Positions 63,846 through 64,000 of a stretch of DNA of 64,000 bases are shown here, one piece after another; position 1 is the stretch's first letter, and each line of letters begins with the position of its first letter. The notes beneath the pieces are model-generated. The model was not told where the DNA came from. It made no database searches and was given only the letters and a program-made list of their open reading frames with translations. A program made the position numbers and the translations under genes. The DNA lies in NCBI GenBank assembly GCA_028534125.1, contig CM052816.1, forward strand, positions 31,994,001 through 32,058,000, written 5' to 3'. This stretch comes from Lama glama (lineage: Eukaryota).

Positions 63846-64000
63846 CATTAGTTAGCTCAATCCACCATGTCCCTGGAACCAGAACTATATTAATGATGTG
63901 CATATTATTAGTACCCTGGTAAGTAGCAGGACTGATACTTTAAGGGGTAGTTTTGGATCTTGCAATGCTTCTTGTCATAATTATAACCTATCATGTTTCA

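Overview
Repeat-rich, CpG-depleted mammalian non-coding DNA, probably intronic or intergenic. It is most likely camelid: the three tRNA-Ala(AGC)-derived SINEs resemble the camelid Vic-1-type family, and I saw no Alu, B1, BovB, Bov-tA or PRE-1. The window is mostly layered transposon remnants: ancient MIR and L2, a deleted ERVL (LTR16-type) provirus, MaLR MLT1 LTRs, MER21-like and MER34/39-like LTRs, MER5/MER20/MER58/MER47-type DNA transposons, old L1M pieces and younger L1 3' ends with clear target-site duplications (TSDs). None of the supplied ORFs looks like a real protein and I recognise no gene. The best non-repeat signals are: (i) a possible minus-strand spliced transcript (candidate exons 50961-50995, 29536-29600 and 1-172, the last with a strong-Kozak ATG running off the window edge); (ii) a tandemly duplicated CTCF motif at 8311-8392; (iii) a near-perfect 123-bp local duplication whose second copy interrupts an L2 fragment; (iv) a TSD-flanked retroposed chimeric fragment and L1 3' transductions; (v) several enhancer-like motif clusters. 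I found no evidence of a new multi-gene system, CRISPR array or functional RNA gene. Repeat family names come from recalled consensus sequences, not a search, and boundaries are approximate unless a TSD is quoted.
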